Positions 13,801 through 33,131 of a DNA stretch of 64,000 bases are shown here, piece after piece. The notes below the pieces were generated by a model, which did not search any database, was not told the origin of the DNA, and saw only the letters and a program-made list of their open reading frames with translations. Each line of letters opens with the position of its first letter. The stretch's first letter is position 1. The stretch covers positions 11,408,001-11,472,000 of the forward strand of contig CP075494.1 in assembly GCA_021613535.1 (NCBI GenBank), given 5' to 3'. The DNA comes from Adineta vaga. Its lineage: Eukaryota; Animalia; Rotifera. Position numbers and translations under genes: made by a program.

Positions 13801-15993
13801 CTATAGATAACATAAGGAGCTTCCTGTACAAAAAAAAAAAAGAATTCTCATTCAATATCAATCTATCATAAAAGAAAAACCTAAATACATACAAGAATTG
13901 TTGTTACAATTAATGTTGAATTGAATAAACCGCCGCGTGCATTTGAAGTTATCGTAAAATTTGCACCTTTAGCACGTGACCACGAACCAATCTGAATAAA
14001 CAAATTTGTTATGTAATCTTTATCATCGAAATATCTCTATCCATTGTCTTCTCAAAGATTAAACATTGATTTTTAAGTTATCATGGGATTCTATTGGAAA
14101 TTCATTGCATGGCAGAGTGTCAATAAGAATGATTGTATTTGATGGTTTTTCTTTCTATTGAAATCGATTGCATGTTAAAAAACATTAGCAAGAAAAGTCA
14201 TATATGACAATCCTTATGACATTTGCTTGCTCCATATCGTTTTAGAAATGATTGTCGATAGATATATCAAATTTCATTAGAAGTTTCAGTCATAATACAA
14301 AAACAAACAGATAGATCATCATTGATTTTCTCATGAGATATGGTAATAGTATGGAAAAAAGAAAGACATAACAATCTTCTTACTTTTGAAAGGCCAGTTT
14401 CAGAAAGATGAACAACATCAAGGTCAAATCCTGTTCGTTCACCATTCGTTGTAAATTGAATTCTTCCCGTAATTCCATCAAAAGAAATCTAAATAATAAG
14501 TAAATTCTAATCGGATATTTTTCATAAGAATTCAAATACCTGATTAAATTTTGAATGAAGTTCTATACCTAATGCCCATCCGCGACCATCTGAACATGAA
14601 ATATTCGGTCGAATTAAATCTACACCAAGTGTTAATTGAGATGCTATTAATTTATCATATGCATACGCAAATGCAAGAATTGCATCAGCCCATAATGCAA
14701 CTGATGTCTAAAGAATATGATATAAGAAAATCATCCAAGTGATTCATGAAACAAGTTTACTGTGAACAAACGACGATTAGTTTCAGTATTTGGCATCGTT
14801 TTAAATGCAAAAAATGATTCCATTGCCATTTGTACACGAGCATCACGACGATTAAATAATCGATAAGCAGTTAAATTGACATAATTATATTTAAAATCTT
14901 CTAAATCAAACGTATCAATATTCTAAAAGAAAAGTAAATCAATAGAAAAAAAAAAAGAATCCAAAAATAAAAGTGTAAAAAACAAATACCAATGTTGTTA
15001 GTACATAATGATAATATGAATTAACCATGCCCATTTGTAGAGCCATTTTAAGAACTGTTCGAGTATTTAAATCATTTAAATCGATGATAATATTATTAAT
15101 ACCACGTCCAATAGCATCAACAAGGACACTTCGATCTTTATAATGTGTAAATTGACGAACAAGGATATCAGTTTGATTGACGCCCGGATCATTGAGCACT
15201 TTCTGTAGACGTGTCAAACCTAATTATATTCAAATGAAGATAAATTATCTTCGTAAAAAGGAAAAAAGAAAATCTTTACCTGAATCCATATCATAGATGA
15301 TCAAAAATTTTCTCCATTTAAGTTTATGTATTAAATTATGGAAAGCATGATTAAGATCTTGATTGGACGGATATAAATTAATTGACATACGATCACGTCT
15401 TGGGATATGTTCAATTTCATCATGAGTATCTTCATCGAAATTTTCCGCATCATAACAAGTTGAACAAACATTTATAAATGGGATATCAACATGATAACAT
15501 ATTGAATGAACAAGTGTAGCTAATTCAGGATAAGGTGGACCAAATATACCTTGTACACGACGTTGATGTACGAGAGAACAGACTAAGAAATGATATCAAA
15601 ATATAAATCTTCATTGAACATTCAACTTACCATCGTGAACAGTTTGAACGGCTGATTCAGCTGCAATTAAACTCAATGTTTCTTCTTTAATTCGTATTTT
15701 AAATGAAAGATTATGTGCATCTTTAGCCAATCGATTATAATGAAATATTGCATATTTAAATATACTTTCCATACTTTGACTTTCTGTACCTTCGTCTCGA
15801 TCGGTAAAAACACCACCTGAAAACGAAATATAATCAATTTATCAATTAATGTTTTCTTTTTTTTCTCTATAGAATTCTTTTCTTTACCAATCGTGATGTC
15901 AAATGTTTGAGTACGTAGTTGTTGCTGACCAACAACAACCGTTGTTACAAATATGAGTAATTCCCACAGATAAACAACAATAAGAATAAGCAT
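10846..15993 (-). CDS. GRIK: Ionotropic glutamate receptor, kainate/AMPA-type (kainate-like)
   Basis: Signal peptide [13 protein letters not shown]; ATD; S1 ([18 protein letters not shown]); pore [12 protein letters not shown]|SD; SYTANL|AAFL; S2 [20 protein letters not shown]; M4 GGIFVVLI; ends RVSRL*. Confidence 0.93.
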
Positions 15994-18647
15994 TTTTCTG
16001 CATCACTTCTCGTACATAAGCAGATTTTTACTATTGAACACCTAAGATTTCATCGTCACCTGACTAAGGATGATACACTTGATCCACTTTTATTGTTCTA
16101 TTATTGTTGTTGATTTAATCTAAATTTATCTTAGAAGATTTTAGTTAATCCAAATCCAATCATCGGCTTACCTTGATTCATGTCATTTTTACTTACGAAA
16201 TTTTCAATCGAATCAATGGTGTATTATAATAATGTTCATCTAGAAGAAAGAAAAAAATAAAAGGGAAAAGAAAATCTAGCTTGTCAATGTTTTAGTTATC
16301 TATTACGATGTGGAAAAAATGTATTTGATCGTTCTTTCTTTTTCCTGTCATTCCAAGTGGGTATCATCAAGGATTTGTTGACGATCACACAAAATACAAG
16401 ACGAACGGAAAAGCAAAAGAAATAGGATAATGCTTGTCAGAAGAAAACACAGAAGTAGACATAATACTTTGTTAGATTAAATCAATAGTTCTCGTCGAAG
16501 TTCATATCGTTAGTAATCCTAATCGGGCTATTCTTCTTCTTCTCGGCTCGCTTTTTTTTTTACTAACACATGCATCATTCTAATTGCGAAAGAACAAGAA
16601 TAGAGAGATGTTTGCTTTTCTCAACCTTCGTCCTTGCTGTATTCTTATCATCGACGAGATTTAGTGCATCGTACTTTTTTGCTCGTTTCTCGCTTTATGC
16701 ATTCCACAGACTCATCAATACTTGCTCGCTCTCTCTCTCTTTCTACTCGCGTGCTACATCGAAGATGTGGAGAATACCCACTCAGAAGATTTCTCATTTT
16801 GTTGTTTCTCATGCTTGTCAGTCGTCTCATTTCACAGAACAAGAGAAGAGAGGAAAGAAAGAATAAAAGAAAGGAAAAAATAATACGAACCAAGAAATAG
16901 AAATAAAAACTGACGATGATGATGATGATGATGCTGACAGGACGATTCTCTTAGCTAACAAAGAATAAGAGATTGTCGTCTGACACTAATGATGATGACG
17001 AAGCTACTACTATGTTTCTCTTGACTACTGTTAGTTTGAAGAGACTCTAGAGGGAGTCTACAATAGCAACAATCATGCTGCGCTATATTTGCACACTGCT
17101 GAGACTGAATTCAAAATCAAAATTGTCTCTTAAAACACGCACATCACGAAACAGTTTTTTTTCTTTCGTCGATATCAAAAATGACTAGAATAGAAGGAAA
17201 AAAAAACTTTTCTTTATTTCTTTACTCAGACCTAACTCTGTTTTTACAACGACATTGACATTGCAATAAATAATAAAATCAGTGCATTTCCTTCCTCATT
17301 AAAACAGATAGCACATTCGTATAGAAAACAATTTCTTACGATAATTATTTAGCACTTTTTATTCCGTTTCGATACATATTTACTGAGTTCTAATTTTCTT
17401 TTCAATAAACAAGAAGTACATTGAAATTTATTATTTTGAATATACTCATTAGTTCAATAGAATCCATACAAAAGATTTGGTTTTTCTTTCTTTTATTAAA
17501 TGTATTTTTCAACTATGATCGATTCGTTCGATTAGAATCCGAAAAGAATACGCTATGTCTTATTGCTCAACTAAGAGATAGATAATCAATCAGATGATGT
17601 GATCAATCATCGAGCTTCAAGGTTTTCTTCGTCAAGACAACCAATCATTCATACGCATATATTTACATACACAATAAAAGAAATAATGAACAGACAAGAG
17701 AAAGTCTTCTTAGGTATTGTCTTCTGATATTATCGATAACTATTTGAGATATCTATATCCAAATATCTTTATATATGTGCATAGAAGAATGCGACGAATT
17801 ATATTATTGTCAGTAGAAAGATAAAGCGATTAACTTCGTGCTTGAGAGAAGCATATTCAAATATCAATGCTTAAGGGAGTGTACAAGTGTAGTTATACGA
17901 ATGATAGAGAGGGAGAGAGAAATAAAAAGACTGACGACAAATGATTACGATGAAGATCAAATATCCTATATATACGTATAAGCTAGATAATTCTGTTGAT
18001 TGTCACTTGCAAACCGAACGATATTCAATTTGATGAATGATGTCTCAACAACAATACAATGCGAACACATAACTTGCTATGCCTGCTTCTAGAAAGATTA
18101 GACGACACTCAGATTGCACAACGCATCTATATATGTGTTGTGCTTGCCTTCATGCCATCGATCAGATCAACGCCAATACTCCATATTGCCATATATGAAT
18201 AAAAAAAAAGAAGAACCCATTTCTTTCTTTATTTCTATACAATGGTATGTATATTAGTATACGCACACATGCAGTTATATATATATATATACATTTCAAT
18301 AGTATTGTAGTTGTATGTTATTTCATTCGATTTGTTGAAATGTCAATTCTTTTCTTCTAATCATTTATTCGTCAACAAAATGAATTCAGGTTCTTTTTTT
18401 TTATTATGATAGTAGAGGTAAAGATTATGCAATTCGTCTTTACTTCATTTAATCGATGAAATTTCGAAGTGCTTCATACAATGAATCAGCTGGAACAAAA
18501 TCTGTAATCTTGAACAAGAGAAAGAAAAGCAGAAAAGAGAAGAAAAAAAGAGAATATGAATGACCTTTTCTTTTTGCTTCACACTTTCGTTGCAGATATG
18601 TGTGACATGTTGCCACTTGTTCTTTTTTTCTTTTTCTAGATTTCTTT

Positions 18648-18681
18648 TCTTCTTCTTCTTCTTCTTCTTCTTCTTCTTCTT
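18648..18681. repeat. (CTT/GAA)n microsatellite upstream of the Rap gene
   Basis: About 11 tandem TTC units visible. Confidence 0.85.
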
Positions 18682-18798
18682 TGACTTACTATAACATTTA
18701 TTTCGACTATATAAGCAAGTGTGGTTAGAAACACTTAATGAGCTGTTCGTCCTCATCCTATCACCAACAGCAGTGACCCTAGTGGTTAAGCTGTCGAT

Positions 18799-19478
18799 AT
18801 GAAAGAATACAAAGTTGTTGTACTCGGTCCGGGTGGTGTTGGTAAATCAGCATTAACTGTACAGTTTTGTCATTCAAAATTTGTTGAAAAATATGATCCA
18901 ACTATAGAAGTAAGTGAAAAGAAGTATAGAAAATTAAAGAGTTTCATTTGTATATTTCTAGGATTTTTATCGAAAAGAAATTCAAGTTGATACTGAACCT
19001 GCTTATTTAGAAATACTTGATACTGCTGGTAAGTTACGATTAGTTATGTATAACTTATTGAATTCGAATCTTTCATAAAGGCACGGAACAATTTGCATCT
19101 ATGCGAGATCTTTATATAAAAAATGGTCGTGGTTTTCTTGTGGTATTTAGTTTAACATCATGGCAATCATTTCTGGATGTTCGACTCGTACGAGAACAAA
19201 TCATTCGTGTTAAAGGCACAGAAAATGTACCACTTTGTCTCGTTGGTAATAAATGTGATGCATCGTTACATCGACAAGTAACTCCCAATGATGCTCTAAT
19301 CTTAGCTCAAACATGGAATTGTCCATATATTGAAACATCAGCTAAATTAGCTATTAATGTAAATGATATATTTGCTGAAATTGTACGAGAAATCAATGCA
19401 AAAATCAAAATGAAACGAAGTCAGAAGAAAAAAAAGAAATATCGAAAATCTTTTCTTAGTTGTTGTACATCATCGTGA
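18799..19478 (+). CDS. RAP2: Rap-family small GTPase (Rap2-like), 3 exons
   Basis: [30 protein letters not shown]|DFYRKEI..LDTA|[16 protein letters not shown] (Rap-type Thr61), NKCD, ETSAK, polybasic tail plus CCTSS CaaX. Confidence 0.92.
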
Positions 19479-21382
19479 TATTTATTTATATATTTATACT
19501 AATAATAAAAGATAAAATCAGGTTTTTGTTTTGTTTGATTAATCACATCGATTTCTTCTTTTTTTTCTCACAAAACATGACAATCAACCCGATAACATTC
19601 GTTAAAATATTCAAATTTCATTACATTGTCAGCCATTTCTCAAGTAGACTAAACTAAAGTCAATGTCATACATATATGTATATATATAACTGCTTTACTT
19701 CATGATAATATCTCGATTTATAACAGGATATCTGATAACATATTTGGTGAAATCAAATCCTATAAAAAATCATCATGGCACATAACTTCTACTAGCTAAT
19801 TAAAAAAAAGAAAGAATATGTTCTACTGGAATCAATATAACTGCTTTTTTTTATATAGAAATTCAACTATATGTTTTGTCTATACATATAGAATAAAATC
19901 TTTAATATTGTTTCACTTTGATCTCAACATTGACAATGGTGTGCATATAGTAAAGTTCGATTTTATTTGTTTAGCTGTAATAATACATTCATCGAATACG
20001 ATTCAACAATTCATTCATTTATGAAATGAATCGAATTATTTGAAAATATCGATAAAGTTCTCAACAAGAATTTGGTTCATTATTTAGACTATTTAGTGCC
20101 AATCTTTTTATCTACACATGACTTTCTGACAGACTTAATTAACACAGTAAATATATTTTTACTTCAAAATCTCTATGGTTACAGGCTGTCACTTGTAATT
20201 GATCATTAGCATTCAAATCTATCATGACGGAATCATGAAATTTTCCATATCACTATGTGTTTTTTCATTATTACTTAAACTATTTGAAAAAGTTTTGTAA
20301 TATCTTTGCTTTTCTATTTATATCTCATCAAATTTCTTTTTGACATGTTAGACAAACAGGTCTACTTTTATTGAAATTGAAAAATCATATAGTATTTGAC
20401 ATATATTCCGAATGAGAAACGCTAAGGAACGATTAATGATAAATATATAAAACAGAGCTTTAGTCTATCTGCATTAAAAATAAATTATAAAAGTGTGATA
20501 TTTAAGAATAAGACGTAATGAAAGCGTCAGTTTTATTCTATATCAAAATCCAATAAATTCTACCTCATAGATGTTGACAGGTGAACGGCATTAATATTAA
20601 TGAGAAGTTTCTGCGCAAAAGAAATCTATAAACATTCTTTCGAGAAATATAAAAACTAAGCCAGTAGTATGCAGTCAAATGGGACCTAGAAAAGACAATT
20701 TCCTGATTTCTTTTTTAAATTGCCTCTCAAGGTGTTTTCAAATCTCTATATCATGAAGCCACATATTGATGTTGTATACCTGACAGGAAGAAATAAATAT
20801 TCAAAATCTCTCTTAATATTATTGTCTGAGCGAATAAATGGACGTGAATAAATAGTTCTGATTATATACGAGAGGAAAATCATGATGAATTTAAGCGTTG
20901 ATTCATAATCATGCTTAGGCAAAGCAGAAGTTTCTATAAACTTGATTTATGTTGATGAAATCATCCGTCAATTATCAAGTACATCTATTATATAAAGAAG
21001 TAGTTCATCATATACTGGAATCTTTCTATAAACCGAGAAGCTCTCCATCCTTTTGTTCATTTTCTTATTAAACCGGAATCAACATTGCAACACAAAAAAA
21101 AGAGAACAACATATATGTATATCACTGTTTCTTCCGAACACATTGACAAAAAGAATGAAAAACAAAAACAGAACAAAAGAATCAAATGACAACACTGTAG
21201 AAAGTAGACAAGAGCAACCAACAAATGAAGTCTTTGTCTTTAGTTTGCAAAATGAGATCATGATGAATATAAAATATGTCTATTATAGAACAGATGAAGA
21301 GCTAGTTATTTCTTCATCATTTTTGCATAAGTTTTATACTAGAAAAGAAAAATGAGCTTGTTTGAAAATAGAGACACGATTG

Positions 21383-23647
21383 TTATTTACTTTGTAACCT
21401 CTGGTTAGCAATTTCTTTACTATAGATTTCAGAAAGTTGTAGGAGCTGTTCCAATACCTGAAAACAAATATTTGAAAAAAAAAGAATTTTATTATATTTT
21501 TTGAAACAAAAAACAAACCTGTAATGTTTTACTGCACAATTTTTTTCCTTCAAATTCACCACGATTTTGACATAGTTCAGTATAAAATGCATATAGATAA
21601 CAGGATCGGATCATTTGTAATTCTTCTTTATTTTCAATAGTTGGATCTACAAATATCAATAGAATAATTCTAATCAAAAAGCAAGATCATCTCTTACCAA
21701 CAGAACAGAAGTGAAGAGGAAAGACAAGTGAAAATTCACTGTCAGTCAAATGAAGTTCGCGAAAGCAATGCGCAAAATTAAACATTGCGTTCGATACTTC
21801 TATTCCATTGAAATGATTCATTCGAAAGCGAGTATATTGAAAACCATCGGGTCCAATAACATAGGACTGACCATTTTCATGATGTAATTCATGATATTTC
21901 AACTGAAATCAAACACATTAGTTCTAATTCCAGAAGAATTTTTATTCAAATAACATACCATAAACCAATCAAATAATCGACGAAAGATAAGTTTTTCCAT
22001 CGTTTTTAACCCAATGTTTTTTATACCGGGCAACTAAATTATAAATCATATTTTAAGGAATGAAACAGACATCTTAGTTAAATTACTTCCTGCACATGGA
22101 TCACTGTCGCACGAGTATAGAGTTGACAAGAGACTAGAAAATACGAAGAAATTCATAATTACAATTGAGAAAAATAAAAGACTTTGAGTTTTAACATACG
22201 GCGAATACTTGCATGATGCTCTTCTGTTGATTGATCATCACCTGGATATTCTTGAATATTATTGTCAATCATTTGATTCATCCGAGAAATGAGTTGCTTA
22301 ACTCGTTTTGAATGTCGATGAAAAATATTGTTTGCAGACCAACGAAGATATCTAAAACAATCATACAAGATATTCTTTTGTTTCTCTTATCTAATTAATT
22401 ACTGAATAAATATTAATTCTTCTTTAGTTAGTTCAATAGCAAGACTTGATTGATCAGCAAATAATTTACTAGAAATTGTTTTCACATGTTGAAATACATC
22501 ATCGGATAATAAACCTGTTGGTTGAATTGTTAAACCTTCTGTTTCATCGGCAGTAAAATCATCGGGAAGAAAAGTTGGATATTTTGTTCGATAAATCAAT
22601 GAGGATTTTCTTGGCTCAGAAGTATTTGATGTTGAAGAAATAGGTTTATTGTTCTGAGCTGAATCTGATTGATTAGGCGATTCAAATGAATGATTTGGTA
22701 GTTTCTTTTTATAATTATCATTTGAATATGAATTTGTTAAATCATTTTGTCGTTGAACAGGATATAGTTCAGATTCTATACAATCTAAAGCATAAAAATT
22801 CAGTTTTATTCGAAGATGGAAATTGTTTGATATCTTTTACCTGTCTCCATTATATTTGGATCGTAATTTTCCACACTACGATCTGATATAGATGAGCATG
22901 AAGATTCCAGTACATGCCCCTCAGTAACTTCAGCCAAAGTAGCTTCTTCTTTCATTTTTTGTTCTTTTAATTCTTTTAAAGCGCGTTCTTTGACCAATTT
23001 CGGTATACGACCCATTTTAACACCTACGAAGATAAAAAAAGAACATTATTACATTCTTCTTCGTCTGTTGAATGTCCTATTTTTAACTTACCATCAACTG
23101 ACATGCCTTCATCGATACATCGACGAAAACGACAAGCTTTACATCGATTTCGGTTCGTTACATTTATTAAACATGAATTATCGAAGTAGCAACGATATTT
23201 CTCTTTACGTAATATGCTTCGTTTGAAAAATCCCTAAAAGATAAAAATAGAATAAAAAAAGTAAGGTCACCATATACTTTAATAAAAGAAAAAACAACGG
23301 CTGCAATTATTCAAGGATATTATTAGACTTTTTTAAAAGGTTCACTTCGACTTAAAATAAGGTCTATGGTATGAACTAAGCTTACTTTACATCCTTCACA
23401 AGTTGCAATACCATAATGAATACCCGTAGCAGTATCGGAACAGACTCGACTAAAAGTAACGACAACTTAATGAAAATTTTCTAGAACTATTATATTAATC
23501 TTACCAAGCTCCAAATGGAAATGTTAATCGTGTCCGTTTTGTTTTGGGGGAATTTGGTGATGTACTCGATTCGATTTCTTTCATATCAGTTTCTTCATTA
23601 CCCCTTTCAGTTTCATATGATTTAATTATTAATCCCTTCTCCAACAT
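21383..23647 (-). CDS. Nuclear hormone receptor, NR1D/E/F-like (E75/Rev-erb/ROR group) DBD with divergent LBD
   Basis: CRVCSDTATGIHYGIATCEGCK|GFFKRS...NRNRCKACRFRRCIDEGMSVD|GVKMGRIPK; LBD fragments (LPGI.., ELHLTDSEFSL); last exon VLEQLLQLSEIYSKEIANQRLQSK*. Confidence 0.88.
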
Positions 23648-26546
23648 TTTGTTCGAGTAAAAATACGATTGATATAAATCAAAATAATCTAGAATATATA
23701 TATATATGACAAATAAATGCTCGATATATGGATAATAGCAGAAGTATGTCGGTCATATGGATCTCTTCTGCTTCTTGCTACATTTCGCATATAGTCGACA
23801 TCGTTCGAGCAGACAGAATGAAAAGGAAAGAAGAGAGAACGCAGAGAAAAAGAATATTGTTGTGGAAGAAAGCACGACAAGGACATTCGGGTAGACGAGT
23901 ACTCATATGCCCTATTTTTTTTACATAGCTGCACTAGTAAATACGTCTAGCATAGCATGATTTATTTTCTTTCTAAAAATTTGTCGGAAAACACTAACTC
24001 CGGTAGAAGCTTATCTACTCAAATACAAAGATCGTTATTGAAAAAATCATATGAAAAAAAAGAAAAAAAATAACATAATATCTATCCAAATGACGTAGGT
24101 AAATATCCGAGTGTATACATTTAACAGTGATTTGTTAAATTATACCCATTCGATATATATATATATATAACTAGACAGACAGGTAAACCATTGAAAAAAG
24201 CCGGTTAAGAGAGAAAAGAAGAAGAAAAACAACTAAGAAACAAACGAACGGTAGAAAGACGCAGTTTAGCATAGTCGACAGAAAAGAGAAGTAACAAAAA
24301 AAAGCACGACGAGAACGATAAAGAGAGAAAGAAGGACGATGGATACGTGAAAAGGTTTTTTTTTTGTATAACATTTTCTCGAAGGTTCACAGGTAGCGAT
24401 AAACTCACATGCACATTACACGTGATGATGATTCATTTGTAGAATGTGGGCAAATAATTGTGATAAGCAAGAATCAAATAAAATCGACCGAATTTATTTT
24501 GACGCTATTTTCAATCTATTGGTGCTAGTTATAACGATTCTTCTTTAAATTGCTTTAGTATTATCTATATAAATCATTAGAAACTAGTCTAACAAACAAA
24601 TACAGAGAGAGAGAGAGAGAAATACATCGACTGTCTATCTTAAAGAAAGCCTGGATTATTTTCACTAGTTGACTTACTTTTATAAAAGAAGAAAATACTA
24701 ATATAATGGACATATCGAACATGTCTACAAGTTTTTCTATCTAAAAAAGGAAAGAAAGAACGCCACCCACACTATCGTATGATACAGGCCTTTCTCTAAA
24801 CATCGTATATAATTATCTTGTATGTCATTCGTCATTTCGTTCTATTTTCGAATATTAAATTAGCTTGAAATTTCTTTAAGAATCATATCGACATCATTAA
24901 TGATTTTTCTTAGTATAGTTTTGGTCAGGTCTTGTTCTTACATAATTCAAGAGTTTCGACTTGATTATTGATGTCAAATAGAATCGAGCAATGACGAGTA
25001 CTGGTTTTTTTTGTTTGCCTGTGTCTCTATTTTTCTTTCATGAATTAATGTTGACTGTTTCTAAGGTGACTGTCAATGATTATTGTGCTTTTGCAAGTAG
25101 AAAAAATATATTTACCAATAAAAAAATCGAATCATATCTCAGCTTAGTAATCATTCAATGACGAGAGGTTTTTTTCTAGGAGAAAAATATCTTCTACGAA
25201 TTTTCAATTGTATTGAAGACAAAACTTTATCGTAATTGGATACTAACAACATAAAGTCGTCAGTACTCACATTCACTTTCAAAAACATCGTTTTTTCTTA
25301 TGCAAATATAACTTTCTTTTTTGTACTTTTTTTGAAAGTACTCAAATTATCAAGTACAGAACCTTGAATCAGCATTCTATTAATACATCGATGGGCGTCC
25401 TGTCGATAGATATTTATATGCGTATGACACAAAAACTGGTTTGATCATGATTTTGAAAACAATGAATTTAAAGCAATTTTCTTTTTTTTTTGTATACACT
25501 ATGTTTAAATAAGTCAAAATTACGAATATCATTTATACGCTTTGTTATCAGAACAAAGGAAATGACGAGAAGAAGAAGAAGAACAACAAAACGAAAGAGG
25601 CACATTCACGTAAATTCATTTAGGACACACAAAAAAACAGACGAGTAACGCAAAGAATCATGTCCTTTATTTTTTCTTTTCTCTAAACATAGACACACAC
25701 ACATATGTTTTTATTTCATCATTTGCGTTGTTACATTTTTTTCTACTCGTACGAGTATCGAATAAGCAAAGAAAAACGAAAGCGAGAGAAGAAACGTAGA
25801 CAGTTTGATGTCATTCGGAAATCGGTTTGATGTTTTGACGATAAAGTGAATTGAATATAAGTAAAAAGAATCAACATGAGAAGAGAAGGAGAAGGAGAAG
25901 GAGAAAGAAAGAAAGAGGAAAGGTAATTACGTGCACATACACACAAACAAATAGCAGGCATTGATGGTCGAATATTTGTCTTAGTTCTTTTTATCTTAAT
26001 CATTCGTTATTGCAGTTCGTTCGAAAAGTGTACGCACTGACACACATACACTGTTGAGGAAAACAAAATCAAGATGAGAAAAAGGGAGAGAGAGAGAGAG
26101 ACATGTTGTAGATGGCTGAAACACTGCAAAAACAACTACTATAGAGATAGATATGTATATACACTGTTATACGACAAATAGTTCGAAAAAGAAATATTTC
26201 TTTCTGCGTGCATATGTTATGAATTCGTATTTGAATAAGAATTGCACTGTTGTAAATTCAACTACAACTAAGGAAAGGTGACGGAGAGTAAAATAGCACC
26301 TCTATTGCACTCGAAGTTGCGCGCATCGAAGAGGAAGCTAAATAAGAAATTTATATACAGAGACAAAAACAAACCAAATGAGGACACAAATACATTAAAT
26401 TGATCTATTGAGATAAAACAAAGAGCGAGCGAGAGAGAAAAAGAGAAAATTGTTCTAGAGAAAAGAAAGAAAATGATGACATGTAAATAGATGGAGGAAA
26501 CATGAGCATTATAATTAAGAGGATAGGTGAAAAGAATATTCTAACA

Positions 26547-31938
<5,392 letters not shown>

Positions 31939-33131
31939 GGTGAATAAACAATCACGAATGAATGTCGAGATAAATGTTTGTGTATATGTTTGTCAAAGAG
32001 AACGCTCGTAATAAGAAGAAAAAAAAGAGTAATTTTTGCGTGCTAGGGCTCACATTCGACGAACTATACTAGAATAAGAAAAAGAATTTATGAGAAAGAT
32101 ATACAATATTAAGGAATAAAAACATGTTTCATATATGATTAGGATAGGATAGGATGATGGTGATGATGGTAATCATGTACGATACAATGGCCTCGGCCAT
32201 TAAGGATTATCTGTTCTCTATACATGCATTCTTATCATTGTTTAAATTATACTTAAATAATATTTTTTTAAAAAGTAAGGCAGAAAAATCAGTCAAAATA
32301 TTCCAATAATACAATGATAAAAAAATTAATAAGAAATAAATAATCTTTTTTTCGAGATTCAGATAGAGGTCGCTAATAGATAGACGGCGGATTAGTTACA
32401 ATCAATAAGAATTATAATGCTTCTTTCTTTCTGCTCTTAAAATTGCAATAGTCTTATTAAATATAGTTAGTATGAATTTGTTTATGAAAATAAAAGTCTG
32501 ACTTGACAGATATATCTTCAATGTGGAGAATGAGTCAATATCTCATGCAATGCATATGTCACTGATAATCATTTCTTATTTACCTAGCATTTAGATCAAC
32601 GTTAAAAATGACCCTTCGAAAACAGGATATGAAAAGAATTGTGATTTATCTCCACCCACATCAACCAAACTAGACATCTCTACCTAACCAATAGTAAATA
32701 TTTATATTCTATCACTTTCCACCTACGTATGAAATCGATTCCAGACGCGAAATAAGCAATTTTTTAGATAAATTATATCAATTATAAACCGTACGTTCAA
32801 GCTGAATGTATATAACGAGTGAACATTTTCTTCATGTTTCACATTGAATTTTTTCACTTTCCGATGTCTTTTAAGTATCTATTGACTTTGCATAAAAGAG
32901 TATGACTTAAAATGCTTTTAGCTTTCCTTCATTGATTTTTCTTTCTCGTCAAAATCATGCATTTTCTTTTAAACTCGGAAAGATTTCTAAATGATTGAAG
33001 TTTCCATTCATGTAGGATATTTTTCTATTGCAATCAAATAACTTCTATGAATCATTTTATGATAAAAGTTCACTTCGAATTGTGACATTGAAAAAATACG
33101 AAACAGTTATACATAATAAGTATTATTACGA

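Noticed and set aside
16570-16900. Overlapping ORFs on both strands upstream of the glutamate receptor
   Set aside because: Low-complexity CT/GA-rich promoter or 5'UTR sequence with no domain signal
18445-18756. 103 aa ORF with a poly-Lys run
   Set aside because: Translation artefact of the (GAA)n microsatellite upstream of the Rap gene
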